DNA of 20,000 nucleotides from Catajapyx aquilonaris (GCA_000934665.2 KZ537982.1:183958-203957), one strand, 5' to 3'; positions 1 to 19,240 are shown, counted from the stretch's first letter. Notes: generated by a model from the sequence alone, not told the origin. Numbers and translations: made by a program.

Positions 1-316
1 AGAAGAATATGAAGAAGAAGAATATGAAGAAGAAGAATGTGAAGAAGGAGAAGAATGTAAAGGAGAAGAATGTGAAGAAGGAGAAGAATGTGAAGGAGAA
101 GAATATGAAGAAGAAGAATGTAAAGAAGGAGACGAATGTGAAGGAGAAGAATATGAAGGAGAAGAATGTGAAGGAGAAGAATGTGAAGAAGAAGGAGAAG
201 AATATGAATACGGAGAATGAGAAGAACATGAAGAAGGGGAAGGAGAAGCGGAAGTGGAAGAACTAGGAGAAGGAAAAGGAGGAGGAGGAGGAGAAGAAGA
301 AGAAGAAGAAAAGAAG
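1..316 (+). repeat. Purine-rich low-complexity/minisatellite tract of degenerate GAAG(A/G)AGAAGAAT(A/G)T units followed by (GAG)n(GAA)n
   Basis: Repeated ~15-nt units such as gaaggagaagaatgt and gaagaagaagaatat are directly visible; the tract runs off the left edge of the window. Confidence 0.9.
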
Positions 317-1037
317 CATTGACCCGTGTGGGTCAAAGTTAGGGGAGTGATGTAATAACCCATTATTGTGTAATTGTTGTTTCAATTGCACATTCCATAT
401 TGTTAACGTTGTTGTTTGTTGGCATTTCGGATTTGTGTACATTGTCATTGTTATGATTGTTTGTGTGGTATCGTCGGATATCGTATTCCCGTTGTTAGTA
501 ACCAAGGTTGGTATCTATATCTATATTTTAGTTCGTTTGTGAGTTTGTTTGTCCCTTATACAAATCCAGGACAGAAGGCCCCTACACCGCCTTAAATTAG
601 CATAGGCCTATACATCAAAAGAAAGAGGAAGATGAGGGGAATGCAACTATGGAAGTGATTTCCCTCGACAATGCAACCAGAAAAAAACGCGCCTCGCTTT
701 ACACCGGCGGCCGGTCAAATTTTCGATAATTTGGACCTCGAAATATTAGTGATGTATTTGGGCCAGATATTTCATATTTAGTGACACGAATACAGACCCA
801 CACAAGTTGCAATATGTCTAGTTTGAAGCTTAGGTCATGAATAGTTCGTGAGCAAAAAAATTAGAAATAAATGAGAAATATTTAAAGCAGTGCCGGGGAG
901 GGGAGGGGTCATTCCCCCTCCCCTCCGCCGCCTCGCGCGATATTTTGTCCATCTCTATACCGCGGGAAGTAACATCGACAGCTTCAACAGGCCAGCGTTG
1001 GGAGATAGGCGTGGAGCTTTCACACCGTTTCTCAATA

Positions 1038-1236
1038 CAGGGGCGGATCCAGACTTTCGATTGGGGGGGGGGGGGGGGTCCCNNNNNNNNNNNNNNNNNN
1101 NNNNNNNNNNNNNNNNNNNNNNNNNNNNNNNNNNNNNNNNNNNNNNNNNNNNNNNNNNNNNNNNNNNNNNNNNNNNNNNNNNNNNNNNNNNNNNNNNNNN
1201 NNNNNNNNNNCCCCCCCCCCCTTGGATCCGCCCCTG
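1038..1236. mobile_element. Non-autonomous hAT-type DNA transposon (MITE); interior lies in an assembly gap
   Basis: Perfect 14-bp TIRs CAGGGGCGGATCCA (1038-1051) and TGGATCCGCCCCTG (1223-1236). Exact 8-bp TSD TCTCAATA at 1030-1037 and 1237-1244. An 8-bp TSD with CAG termini is typical of hAT. Confidence 0.85.
1083..1210. other. Assembly gap (128 N)
   Basis: Run of N between poly-G and poly-C tracts. Confidence 0.99.
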
Positions 1237-1350
1237 TCTCAATACACCTCAGTGATAATCAGGTGTGACATTTTATTGATAGTCGTTTGGGAACACGCGT
1301 TGACGATACTGTACACAAACCGAGGCAATAAATAAAGGTGACTCGAGCCG

Positions 1351-1378
1351 AGTCAGGCAGTCAGTCAGTCAGTCAGTC
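1351..1378 (+). repeat. (CAGT)n microsatellite
   Basis: agtcaggcagtcagtcagtcagtcagtc. Confidence 0.8.
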
Positions 1379-2083
1379 GGCAGAGGTCTAAGAGGTAGGA
1401 CCTCTCCTCTAAGTAAGTGTAAGTGTAAGACTAAAACCCACTGACTGGCTTTCCTATAGCTCTGGTTGAAAAGAAATACATTATTTAATTAATTGTGTTT
1501 CATTTCAGGCAAGAGTACCTCTATAGGGATATAGGTCCCTATCCGCGGTCATATACTCTTGGGCCAGCAGCAACAGGTACCGACAAGAGGACTATCTCCA
1601 TTTTCTATGTTGACTTCCACCACAACCACAACCTATCGTCACATAGGGCCATACATGGGCTTTTATTAACGAAAATAAATGCACTTAGTATCGATTTAAT
1701 ATTATTTCAGATGCCGTGTTGTATTTTATAGCCACAGACTTCTGAGACGTGCATTTTGTGTATATTAATATGCGCCATCTGTATTTGCATGCGTATTACA
1801 TTGTAGGTCTGTATTTGTGTCATCTTTTCCTTATATTTATTCCTCGTAGACTACTCATTCTACAAGGAAATGCCAAGTTGTTGTATGCACAGTAAGATTC
1901 ATACAAGCTGTATGTAACGAGAAATATATATATATAAAAATGTACTTGTGTCCCCTGGGGCCATAGTGAGCGGGGAATATTTGAATCGGTGACTCAACTT
2001 CTCAGAACTAGCAGCTTGAGCAGGGGGAAAAACAACACGTGCATACAGGTTAAACCATTCACCGTGGCAATCGGCCTAACAAG

Positions 2084-2829
2084 ATGAAGATTTCTGCTCT
2101 AACTTTTGCGACTTTTCTGGTGTTGTCAGGAACTCTGGCAGCACCTACTGAGGACTGGAACTCCTGCAAGGAAATGGCCCTTTGGTACAGATTGGACATT
2201 GAATCAGGAGAGTGCTTGGAGACTGGTAAGAAGACATCATGTGGCCAGAAAATGATTTTCTACATGCTAGAAGGTAACGACACTCACGGTATGTGTGATT
2301 GCGACTACAACCAAGAGTGCGGGAATAACTTGCTCTACTGGCCCAACCACAATCAATGCTATTGGATGCACCAACAGGTCAGTTTGTACACACTATACAA
2401 CAGGTTAGTCTCACCACTAATGGTTCGTATAATTATTATTATCAGGGTCCATGTGCGGATGGAGAATGGTTAACAGTTGACGACAATGGTGAGGCTTTGT
2501 GTGAACCGGATCCATGCCCAGGACACAACAAAACTGGTGACCACTCTAGCCCTTTCTTCAGCTGGCCAGACGGACAGTGCTATCCTTTACAGAAACAAGG
2601 ACCGTGTCCAGAAAAGTACATTTTGTGGAAAGATGTTCATGAATTTTCGCCTAAATGTCAGAAAGGTGCAGCTTGTTCCATAGCCTTTCCTGCAGTTGCA
2701 CCATGCAGGCTGGGACACCGGGTTGTGTCTATTGGAAAATGCAGTTTGACGAATGATAAGGCTGAGAATTTTGATGATTTGTGTCGAGACAGTCACTGGG
2801 ATCCAGCTACAAAGAAATGTATCATGTAG
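2084..2829 (+). CDS. Secreted cysteine-rich protein, DUF4789-like, paralog 1; join(2084..2377,2446..2829), 225 aa
   Basis: Signal peptide MKISALTFATFLVLSGTLA-AP. A 68-bp phase-0 GT-AG intron (2378-2445) joins ...CYWMHQQ|GPCADGEW.... 18 Cys with repeated WPxxxxCY...QGPC modules. AATAAA at 2849-2854. Family assignment is by motif recognition only. Confidence 0.88.
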
Positions 2830-3103
2830 ACGTGGCTTTGAACAGGTAAATAAAAGCACAGGCACATCAAAGAGCCAACGTGATTTTGTCTGCATAATAT
2901 AGAGGCATGAATGTAAGCATGTCTGAAGGTCAGCAAGTAGTTCAGGAATTTGACACATTTATATTGCGTCATAATTGGAAAATCGTGTAAGAGGCCTACG
3001 TAAATCGCTTGTTGTTCCTGGAAGTGGGATGCATAATCAGTTATTTAGCGGTTTAGATTAGGGATACCGAGCTAAATAGTTACAGTCTGAAGTGTGACAA
3101 CAA

Positions 3104-3894
3104 ATGGAGGTTCATCCAGGAGCTGCCTTGTTGCTTCTCACTTGTGGTATTCTAGTCACCGGAGCACCTCAGGTGACTCGGGTGATACATCACCCTACAA
3201 AGTGTTCCAATCCTCTCCAACGTCGAGATCCGACAAGTGGTAACTGCATCGACACGGGTGCTGGCACAGAAGGGAATCCTTGCAAGGGAGCCAACATGGC
3301 GTTTGTGACACTGGACGACTTGGGAGAGGACGTGTACGGCGGCTGCAAATGCAACAATTGGAAGGTGTTGGATCGTCAATTGATCTATTGGCCCAAAACG
3401 GATTCGTGCTATTTTATGCACACCCAGGTGACTTTTTGCTGATACCCTCATGGTGTTTTGTATACCCTAATAATCCCTAATATTCTCCACAGGGTCCATG
3501 TCGGCGAGGAGAATGGTTTACTTTCAACAGACAGGGTGCAGGAGAATGCAGACCCAACTTATGCCCTGGATACGACATCGATAATGGCCTGTATTTTTCA
3601 TGGCCCGATGGTAAATGCTACCTTCAAGGGCACCAGAGTCATCCCTGCCCGGAAGGCTATTTTTTACGCGTAGCTGAAGGTGGCACATACCCGTCATGTG
3701 TCAAGAACAATCGCAAACGCAGAACTCTTATTGATGCTACTTTTCGGCTTCTAATGATATGTCAATCTGGACATCGTCGTGATTTTCTTGGCAAATGTAG
3801 GAGATTCAAAACGTTTAAGAATTCTAGAGTCGAAGGCCTGTGTGGTGAAGGTTTGCAATGGCATCCGATTAGACAAGCATGCTTGAAAGTATAG
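3104..3894 (+). CDS. Secreted cysteine-rich protein, DUF4789-like, paralog 2; join(3104..3427,3493..3894), 241 aa
   Basis: Signal peptide MEVHPGAALLLLTCGILVTG-AP. A 65-bp phase-0 intron (3428-3492) sits at the same Q|GPC junction as in paralog 1. Exon 2, absent from the ORF track, reads GPCRRGEWFTFNRQGAGECRPNLCPG...WPDGKCYLQGHQSHPC...CVKNNRKRRTL...CGEGLQWHPIRQACLKV* with TAG at 3892-3894. Confidence 0.88.
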
Positions 3895-4171
3895 TACCAC
3901 TATAAGGACGTTCGGAGTACCGCTGATAGTGTGCCTGTTCATAAATTAAGCCTAACATAATGTCTGTTAAAGAGTATAGATATAGATATAATAAAATTCA
4001 TTTCCCAGTGAATGTTTTTAAAAGCATGACGGTTGCCGCTCATGGACTTGAACGTCTCGAGTGAGTAGTTTTAGTTTTGCAAGCGACGTGCATCGGACTG
4101 TGACTGCACGTTCAAAGCAGATCGTTGACATCATTCAAGATCAGTGTCCCGCACATTGAAGGACAACCACC

Positions 4172-4914
4172 ATGAGTCTCCTTGGACTTACCTTGATGCT
4201 GATGTCCCGAACCATTCAAAATTCGTCCGAAACAAGGACCTGCCAAGAGAAGGGATATCCGGCTTATTACCACCTGGACCGACGCACCAACGAGTGTCAC
4301 CGGATTGGCGAAGTCGGACCATGCATTGGGAAGAGCATGATATTTTATGCTGAAGGAAAGGACAGCCTGTTTGGACTGTGCGATTGCGACTTCTGGTTGG
4401 GATGCTGGCGACCATTCATTTACTGGCAGCCTTTGGACTCCTGCTTTCCTATCAACAGCCAGGTAAGTCGATAGTACATTGTGGAATATCTAAGCACAAT
4501 ATTTTCATAATGACGCCTGCCACGTAGGGTCCGTGCCAACCGGGTGACTGGTTGACCTATGACTTGCAGAAGGGTGTCAGTTGCGAATCCAACTCTTGCC
4601 CTGGGAATAACACGGAAGCAGCATTCTTCACTACTTGGCCCGACGGACAATGCTACTCCGAAGGGCAGCAGGGACCTTGTCCTCCGAATTTTTATATGTA
4701 CACAAATGTTGGCGAAACTCAACCTGCTTGCCGAAGAACGAAGATGTGCATCACTTCATGGGCCCCTACTGTCACGTGCAGTCCAGGACACAAGTCGTAT
4801 CACCTTGACGTGTGCAGTAAACAAAGGGAACATCACAGTAATTCCCGATGTGACCACGGAAGCCAATGGGACTCGTTTACCAAGAGGTGTGTCTTGTCTC
4901 AAATTGTTAAATAA
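4172..4914 (+). CDS. Secreted cysteine-rich protein, DUF4789-like, paralog 3; join(4172..4462,4528..4914), 225 aa
   Basis: ATG in ACCACCATG context with an in-frame TGA at 4157-4159. Short hydrophobic N-terminus, a weaker signal peptide than in paralogs 1 and 2. A 65-bp phase-0 intron GTAAGT...TAG (4463-4527) at the Q|GPC junction. 18 Cys aligning one-to-one with paralog 1. Confidence 0.85.
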
Positions 4915-5111
4915 TTGACAGGAATTGTTTTGTAGTCTTTTATACCAAATGATAAACGAGTAAAAAATTTGGCTTTTGTAATGAACTGATGTGGAAAAAG
5001 GGTTGAGTATGATTTGCCAGTCTATACAGTAACAGAGGACAGTGACCTTGCTCCACTTCACTAATTTTAGGTGTTGGCGGCTTGCAGCATTTACGTCATT
5101 CGCTCATCCTA

Positions 5112-14226
<9,115 letters not shown>

Positions 14227-15631
14227 GGCCAACTGACACAACTATCAGGCAGAATGCCTGAGTCTGACTGTATGTTAGCGCGTGCATGCGGCCGGCACTT
14301 GTACACTCGCTAGATAAAAAAAAACACAACTACTACCAATTGGAGATAAGTACGTATAGTTCGTTGCATCACTTATTCTGATCCATCACAGCCATAATTG
14401 CGACCACTTGTTTCACTTAAACCAGCAAGCAAAATCGTATTGAAGGGGCGGCTACTAACTGACCTATACCATGTCGATCAAAGTACATGCCACACAACGC
14501 CGATTCCCTAGCTGCATGTAGACCTATGTGATTATGAAAAATACGATATCATACATATTAATCCAATATACAGATTCTCGAGGCATGTTTATGTTTTGTC
14601 ATAACGTAACTTCCATAGCGCATGCCTTCAATATGTGATTTCACGCATGTAAATCTAAACTAAGTTATGCCCTTGAACTGTTATCTGTTGAAGCAGGTAA
14701 CACAACCATACATTAGTGACTTTCTGGCTGTTATTCGCTGTCACGACATCCCCGCCCTTATCCAGGTTGAAATGAAAAGAAAAAAACTTCCGGATCTTTG
14801 TATTGCATAATTCTTTACACAGAAGCTAGATTTTGCCTAGTAAAGATTCCGTAGCTGTAGGCTTAATCATGGCCGGAAGTTTTGTGCAGTTTCATACTGA
14901 TTGCATATCTTGCGTAAAGGTTTTAATACTTGTTATGGCGCTGTTATGGTTTTTGTATCTTGAGAATTCCGAGAAAATCCACGCAAACACAATAGATAAC
15001 ATATCTAGAGTAAGAATATTCTAGCGATTCGAACATCGCATATCTCCCAGTCTTACCATCAATGACACTACAATGACGCTTTTTCCTTAATCTTTTCCTT
15101 CATACTGTCCACGTGGATAAACAGCAGTAACTCCTCGCCCTTGATCACATTTAGATCACATAAGGCAGCCATATTGGTCATATTACTGATAATGCTTTTT
15201 CCCCCCCTTCATATTTGGCATGCATGTATTTCACTGTCTAGCTCTAGCTACTCGCTAATGTGAAAAAGAACCTCAATTGAAAAATTATTGCTGGAAAGAA
15301 GTACCCAATATTATCGTCTCTCTACACAGTCAGAGCAAATATTAACTTTGCGGTAACCTCAGGAGGTGAGATAATAATACTGCATCAAGCCTACAGGCTT
15401 CCTCCACGCTTGCGGTATGAGTGTATAGAATCTGTGAAAACCAGAAGTCCAATAACGAATAATCCCACTCGGGGTTTCGATAGTACATATAATAGCAGTA
15501 TGTGATTCATTGTAGAGTATTGAATAACAATCACAATGAGTTACGATAGAAGTTCACCTGCAACCTTGATTATTGCATTTGTCCGCATTTGTCTACATTG
15601 CGGTGCACACGGCATATGCTGATATATAGCT

Positions 15632-17602
15632 GGGTCATTCCATGTCAAAACAGACAACTTGGTGGCTCGACCATCTCAGAATTTGATATAAAAAATCATG
15701 TGCGTACACACACATGAGCTGTTGCTAAAAACGAAATTTGAGCCCCCCAGATGAAAATCCCACGGAGATATGGCAACATCTTTCGGCAACAATGGAGCTG
15801 GAATAACAATTTTTTTCAAGTGGAGTTATTGTTGTAACCCCATCATCATGTATATCAAATGAACCGGAACGAAAGGATGAAAATTGTCGTGGCAACAGTT
15901 TTCATCTAGAAAGCGAAATAAAAATTCTAAAAAATTCGCATTATTGTGCAAAATGGCACATTTCCGATGGCCCAATGTCACTGTTAGACACATGCTAGGA
16001 GTGTGAAATAAATATGGTACGTACATGGTCATCTGACCATCACTATTCTAGAAGGACAGCATCCCATGTCAAGCAGTGTTGGAAATAATAAATCCCGAAG
16101 TTCCATATTTCAGTAATTTGGTCATGTTTGAGAATATTTTTCTCAATAGAGGACTGGGCCGATTTTAAAGATACATGTCTTAAAAGAAGCGTCTTTCCAT
16201 GCTTGACCCAAGATATGTAAGAACTACTCTGCCCCCGGAGCGGTTCACCCGCAGAACATTTAAAAATCCCCCTATAACATACACTATGTTATTTGGCGCT
16301 GTATTTAATGTGTTGCGGGTGAACCGCTCCGGGGGCAGAGTAGTTCTTATATCCCTGGGGTCAAGCATGGAAAGACGCCTCTTTTAAGACATGTAACTTT
16401 AAAATCGGTCCAGTCCTCTATTGAGAAAAATGACCTCAAAGATGACCCAATCATGTGAAAGTGGGATTTATTATTATTTCCAAGACTGTTTGACTTGAGA
16501 TGTTGTTCTTCTACAGTAGTAGTGACCAGATGACCACGTACCTACCACATTAATTTCACACTCTTAGCATATGTTTAACAATGAGGAGCATACGAAATCC
16601 CAGTATAATCCGTGTTATTTTGAGCTGTATTTAAAAATTCGCTGCGGGTGAACCGCTCCGGGGGCACGAACTATTCTTATACCGATATGTCAATCATAAA
16701 ACGAGGCGTCTTTTAACTCTTGAAACTTAAAAATCGGCCCAGTCCTCTATTGAGAAAAATGACCTCGAAGATGGCCGAATTACGGACACCACGAAATTTC
16801 AGGATTTATTATTATTTCCAAGACTGCTTGACTTGCGTTGTTGTCCTTCTACAGTAGTAGTGACCTGATGACCACTTACTTACCATATGAATTTCACACT
16901 CCTGTCATGTGTTTAACAATGAGGAGCATAGGAAATCCCAGTATAATAAGTGTCATTTTGAGCTGAATTTGAAAATTCGCTGCGGGTGAACCGCTCCGGG
17001 GGCACGAACCATTCTTATACCGATATGTGAATCATAAAACGACGCGTCTTTTAACTATTGTAACTTAAAAATCGGCCCAGTCCTCTATTGAGAAAAATAT
17101 TCTCAAACATGACCAAATTACTGAAATATGGAACTTCGGGATTTATTATTTCCAACACTGCTTGACATGGGATGCTGTCCTTCTAGAATAGTGATGGTCA
17201 GATGACCATGTACGTACCATATTTATTGCACACTCCTAGCATGTGTTTAACAGTGACATTGGGCCATCGGAAATGTGCCATTTTGCACAATAATGAGAAT
17301 TTTTTAGAATTTTTATTTAGCTTTCTAGATGAAAACTGTTGCCACGACAATTTTCATCCTTTCGTTCCGGTTCATTTGATATATATGATGATGGGGTTAC
17401 AACAATAACTCCACTTGAAAAAAATTGTTATTCCAGCTCCATTGTTGCCGAAAGATGTTGCCATATCTCCGCGGGATTTTCATCTGGGGGGCTCAAATTT
17501 CGTTTTTAGCAACAGCTCATGGGTCTGTACTCACATGAATTTTTACATCAAATTCTGAGATGGTCGAGCCACCAAGTTGTCTGTTTTGACATGGAATGAC
17601 CC
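15632..17602. mobile_element. Foldback-type non-autonomous DNA transposon with ~535-bp TIRs and internal ~330-bp tandem units; possibly Sola2-like
   Basis: 15632-~16166 is the near-identical reverse complement of ~17068-17602 with no net length difference (coordinate sums equal 33234 at both 15632/17602 and 16141/17093). Termini GGGTCATTCCATGTCAAA...TTTGACATGGAATGACCC. The unit motif TGCGGGTGAACCGCTCCGGGGGCA occurs at 16314, 16643 and 16981 and inverted ending at 16253. No transposase ORF. TSD is ambiguous, so the superfamily is tentative. Confidence 0.88.
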
Positions 17603-17688
17603 TACTATAAAACTTCTGGTAAGCAGTCAAATATTTGGGCACCCATTTGGATGAGAGCTGCTTCCTCCTGTCCAATATGTCATTTTGA

Positions 17689-17962
17689 CAGGGACGTAGC
17701 CAGGGGGGGGGGGGGGNNNNNNNNNNNNNNNNNNNNNNNNNNNNNNNNNNNNNNNNNNNNNNNNNNNNNNNNNNNNNNNNNNNNNNNNNNNNNNNNNNNN
17801 NNNNNNNNNNNNNNNNNNNNNNNNNNNNNNNNNNNNNNNNNNNNNNNNNNNNNNNNNNNNNNNNNNNNNNNNNNNNNNNNNNNNNNNNNNNNNNNNNNNN
17901 NNNNNNNNNNNTTAATTCCCCCCCCCCCCCCCCCCCGAACCGGAATCCTGGCTACGTCACTG
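17689..17962. mobile_element. Non-autonomous hAT-type DNA transposon (MITE); interior lies in an assembly gap
   Basis: 16-bp TIRs CAGGGACGTAGCCAGG and CCTGGCTACGTCACTG (1 mismatch). Exact 8-bp TSD CATTTTGA at 17681-17688 and 17963-17970. Confidence 0.85.
17717..17911. other. Assembly gap (195 N)
   Basis: Run of N between poly-G and poly-C tracts. Confidence 0.99.
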
Positions 17963-18586
17963 CATTTTGAAACCAAGATAGGCTCAAGACCTCTGTTCTC
18001 TTTTTCACTGGGATTCTTCGAATTCTTCTAATGTAATAAACATATTGTGAATTGGTATATCATCCTTTCAAGAGGTACCATACTTCATCACTGCACTACT
18101 TTCTTTCATCATAAATTCTGGGTAGCTGTCTCTGTCATCCTAACTTCAGAGACCTAAATAACAGAAAGAAAGAAAACAAATTAGAAATATGACATTTGGT
18201 ATCTGATCATTAGAAACTAGAAACCTTCATGTGACAAGAGGTATTTTTGAAAATGGAACTGGAAAAAACTGAAATCTAGGGACTTATCAGCACTCCCTTG
18301 TATGATCCATCTTCCTAACTTGGTCAAGCTCAAAAAAGGAGATGGGATAACCAACTGACTCTCTTTTTCAACACAACCATTGCATGTAAGTTGTAGCATT
18401 ACAGGAAGTACCCGTTTGATGCTGGTAAATGGTTCCAGCAGCATAGCGCCAAAAAAGGAGACAAAATTCTAATGTAAGTGAATGAGATTCAGAACATGAG
18501 TTGAACCTCAAGAAGCAATATGGCAGTGTTAACTCCAAAATTCAAAAAAGTGGACTTATGTGGTTTTCGAAACAACTGACTCAATT

Positions 18587-18834
18587 GAGATGCTCAGAGG
18601 AAAAACGCCATATCCCAACCGACCTCCGATTTTGAGATTGTAGTGCTTTTGTACTTTCCTGCCATCAACCTTTCATGTCCTGAAATCCCAAATGAATTGG
18701 GATATGCCAAAGCTCACATATTCCAGTTGTAAAATTGGTCTCTAATGGAAAATCCTATTCTCTTGCAACACAAAAAGCCGTTTATCTCAAAATGAACTCC
18801 GGTTGGGATATGCCGTTTTTCCTCTGAGTGCCTC
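18587..18834. mobile_element. 248-bp MITE with GAG...CTC termini and AATT flanks (Sola-like)
   Basis: Left end GAGATGCTCAGAGGAAAAACGCCATATCCCAACCG...TTTTGAGAT; right end ATCTCAAAA...CGGTTGGGATATGCCGTTTTTCCTCTGAGTGCCTC. AATT at 18583-18586 and 18835-18838. An extra internal TTGGGATATGCC at 18697-18708. Confidence 0.72.
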
Positions 18835-19240
18835 AATTATAATGTAAACTGTGATCTCTTTAGGTATATCAGACAATCACTAAGGTGATGGCCATGTTGT
18901 AAGATGCACATGTGATATGGTGGTGGTACAGTATATTGAACTTTCAAGGAAAGCTACCTGGTAATTATGTCGGAAATAAGGATGAGGCGATCAAATGAAT
19001 GTGCGTGCGATAGATACCAAATAGTACAAGGGGGACCAACAAGGAAGAAACACTGCACCTAGAAATTCTGATTGGTTACTGTTTTCTTATAAGCAGAAAG
19101 AATTCCTGTAAGTTACTTGTAGCAGTTGAAAGTACTGCTCCTTTTCATGCTCAATTTCTGCCTGCTCCTATTGCATGAAAAAAAGCATCAATGCTGTATT
19201 TGAAAATAACAGTCTTCTGGTACCCATGACCAGCTAGCTC

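Noticed and set aside
9..266. 85-aa Lys/Glu-rich ORF
   Set aside because: It is a translation of the GAA-rich minisatellite, with no splice or domain evidence.
319..336. Hairpin TTGACCC-GTGT-GGGTCAA between GAA-rich and TTG-rich tracts
   Set aside because: A 7-bp stem alone is expected by chance in 20 kb; not a terminator in a eukaryotic context.
890..1268. ORFs spanning the first N gap (and 17651-18031 spanning the second)
   Set aside because: They stay open only because of Ns and homopolymers inside MITEs.
1926..1996. TATA-like run, kB-like GGGGAATATTT and AP-1 TGACTCA upstream of paralog 1
   Set aside because: Short motifs not clearly shared by paralogs 2 and 3; insufficient to claim a promoter or immune regulation.
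16314..17004. Recurring 24-nt motif that could suggest a CRISPR array
   Set aside because: The spacing is about 330 bp, the intervening sequences are homologous tandem units rather than unique spacers, the DNA is eukaryotic and there are no cas genes.
15826..17408. Twin 68-aa ORFs (15826-16032 -, 17202-17408 +) and twin 62-aa ORFs (16180-16387)
   Set aside because: By-products of the inverted repeat symmetry with no recognisable domain.
18060..18480. Possible exons of another gene (75-aa ORF 18217-18444 and splice-like sites)
   Set aside because: No recognisable protein similarity and no consistent multi-exon frame could be built.
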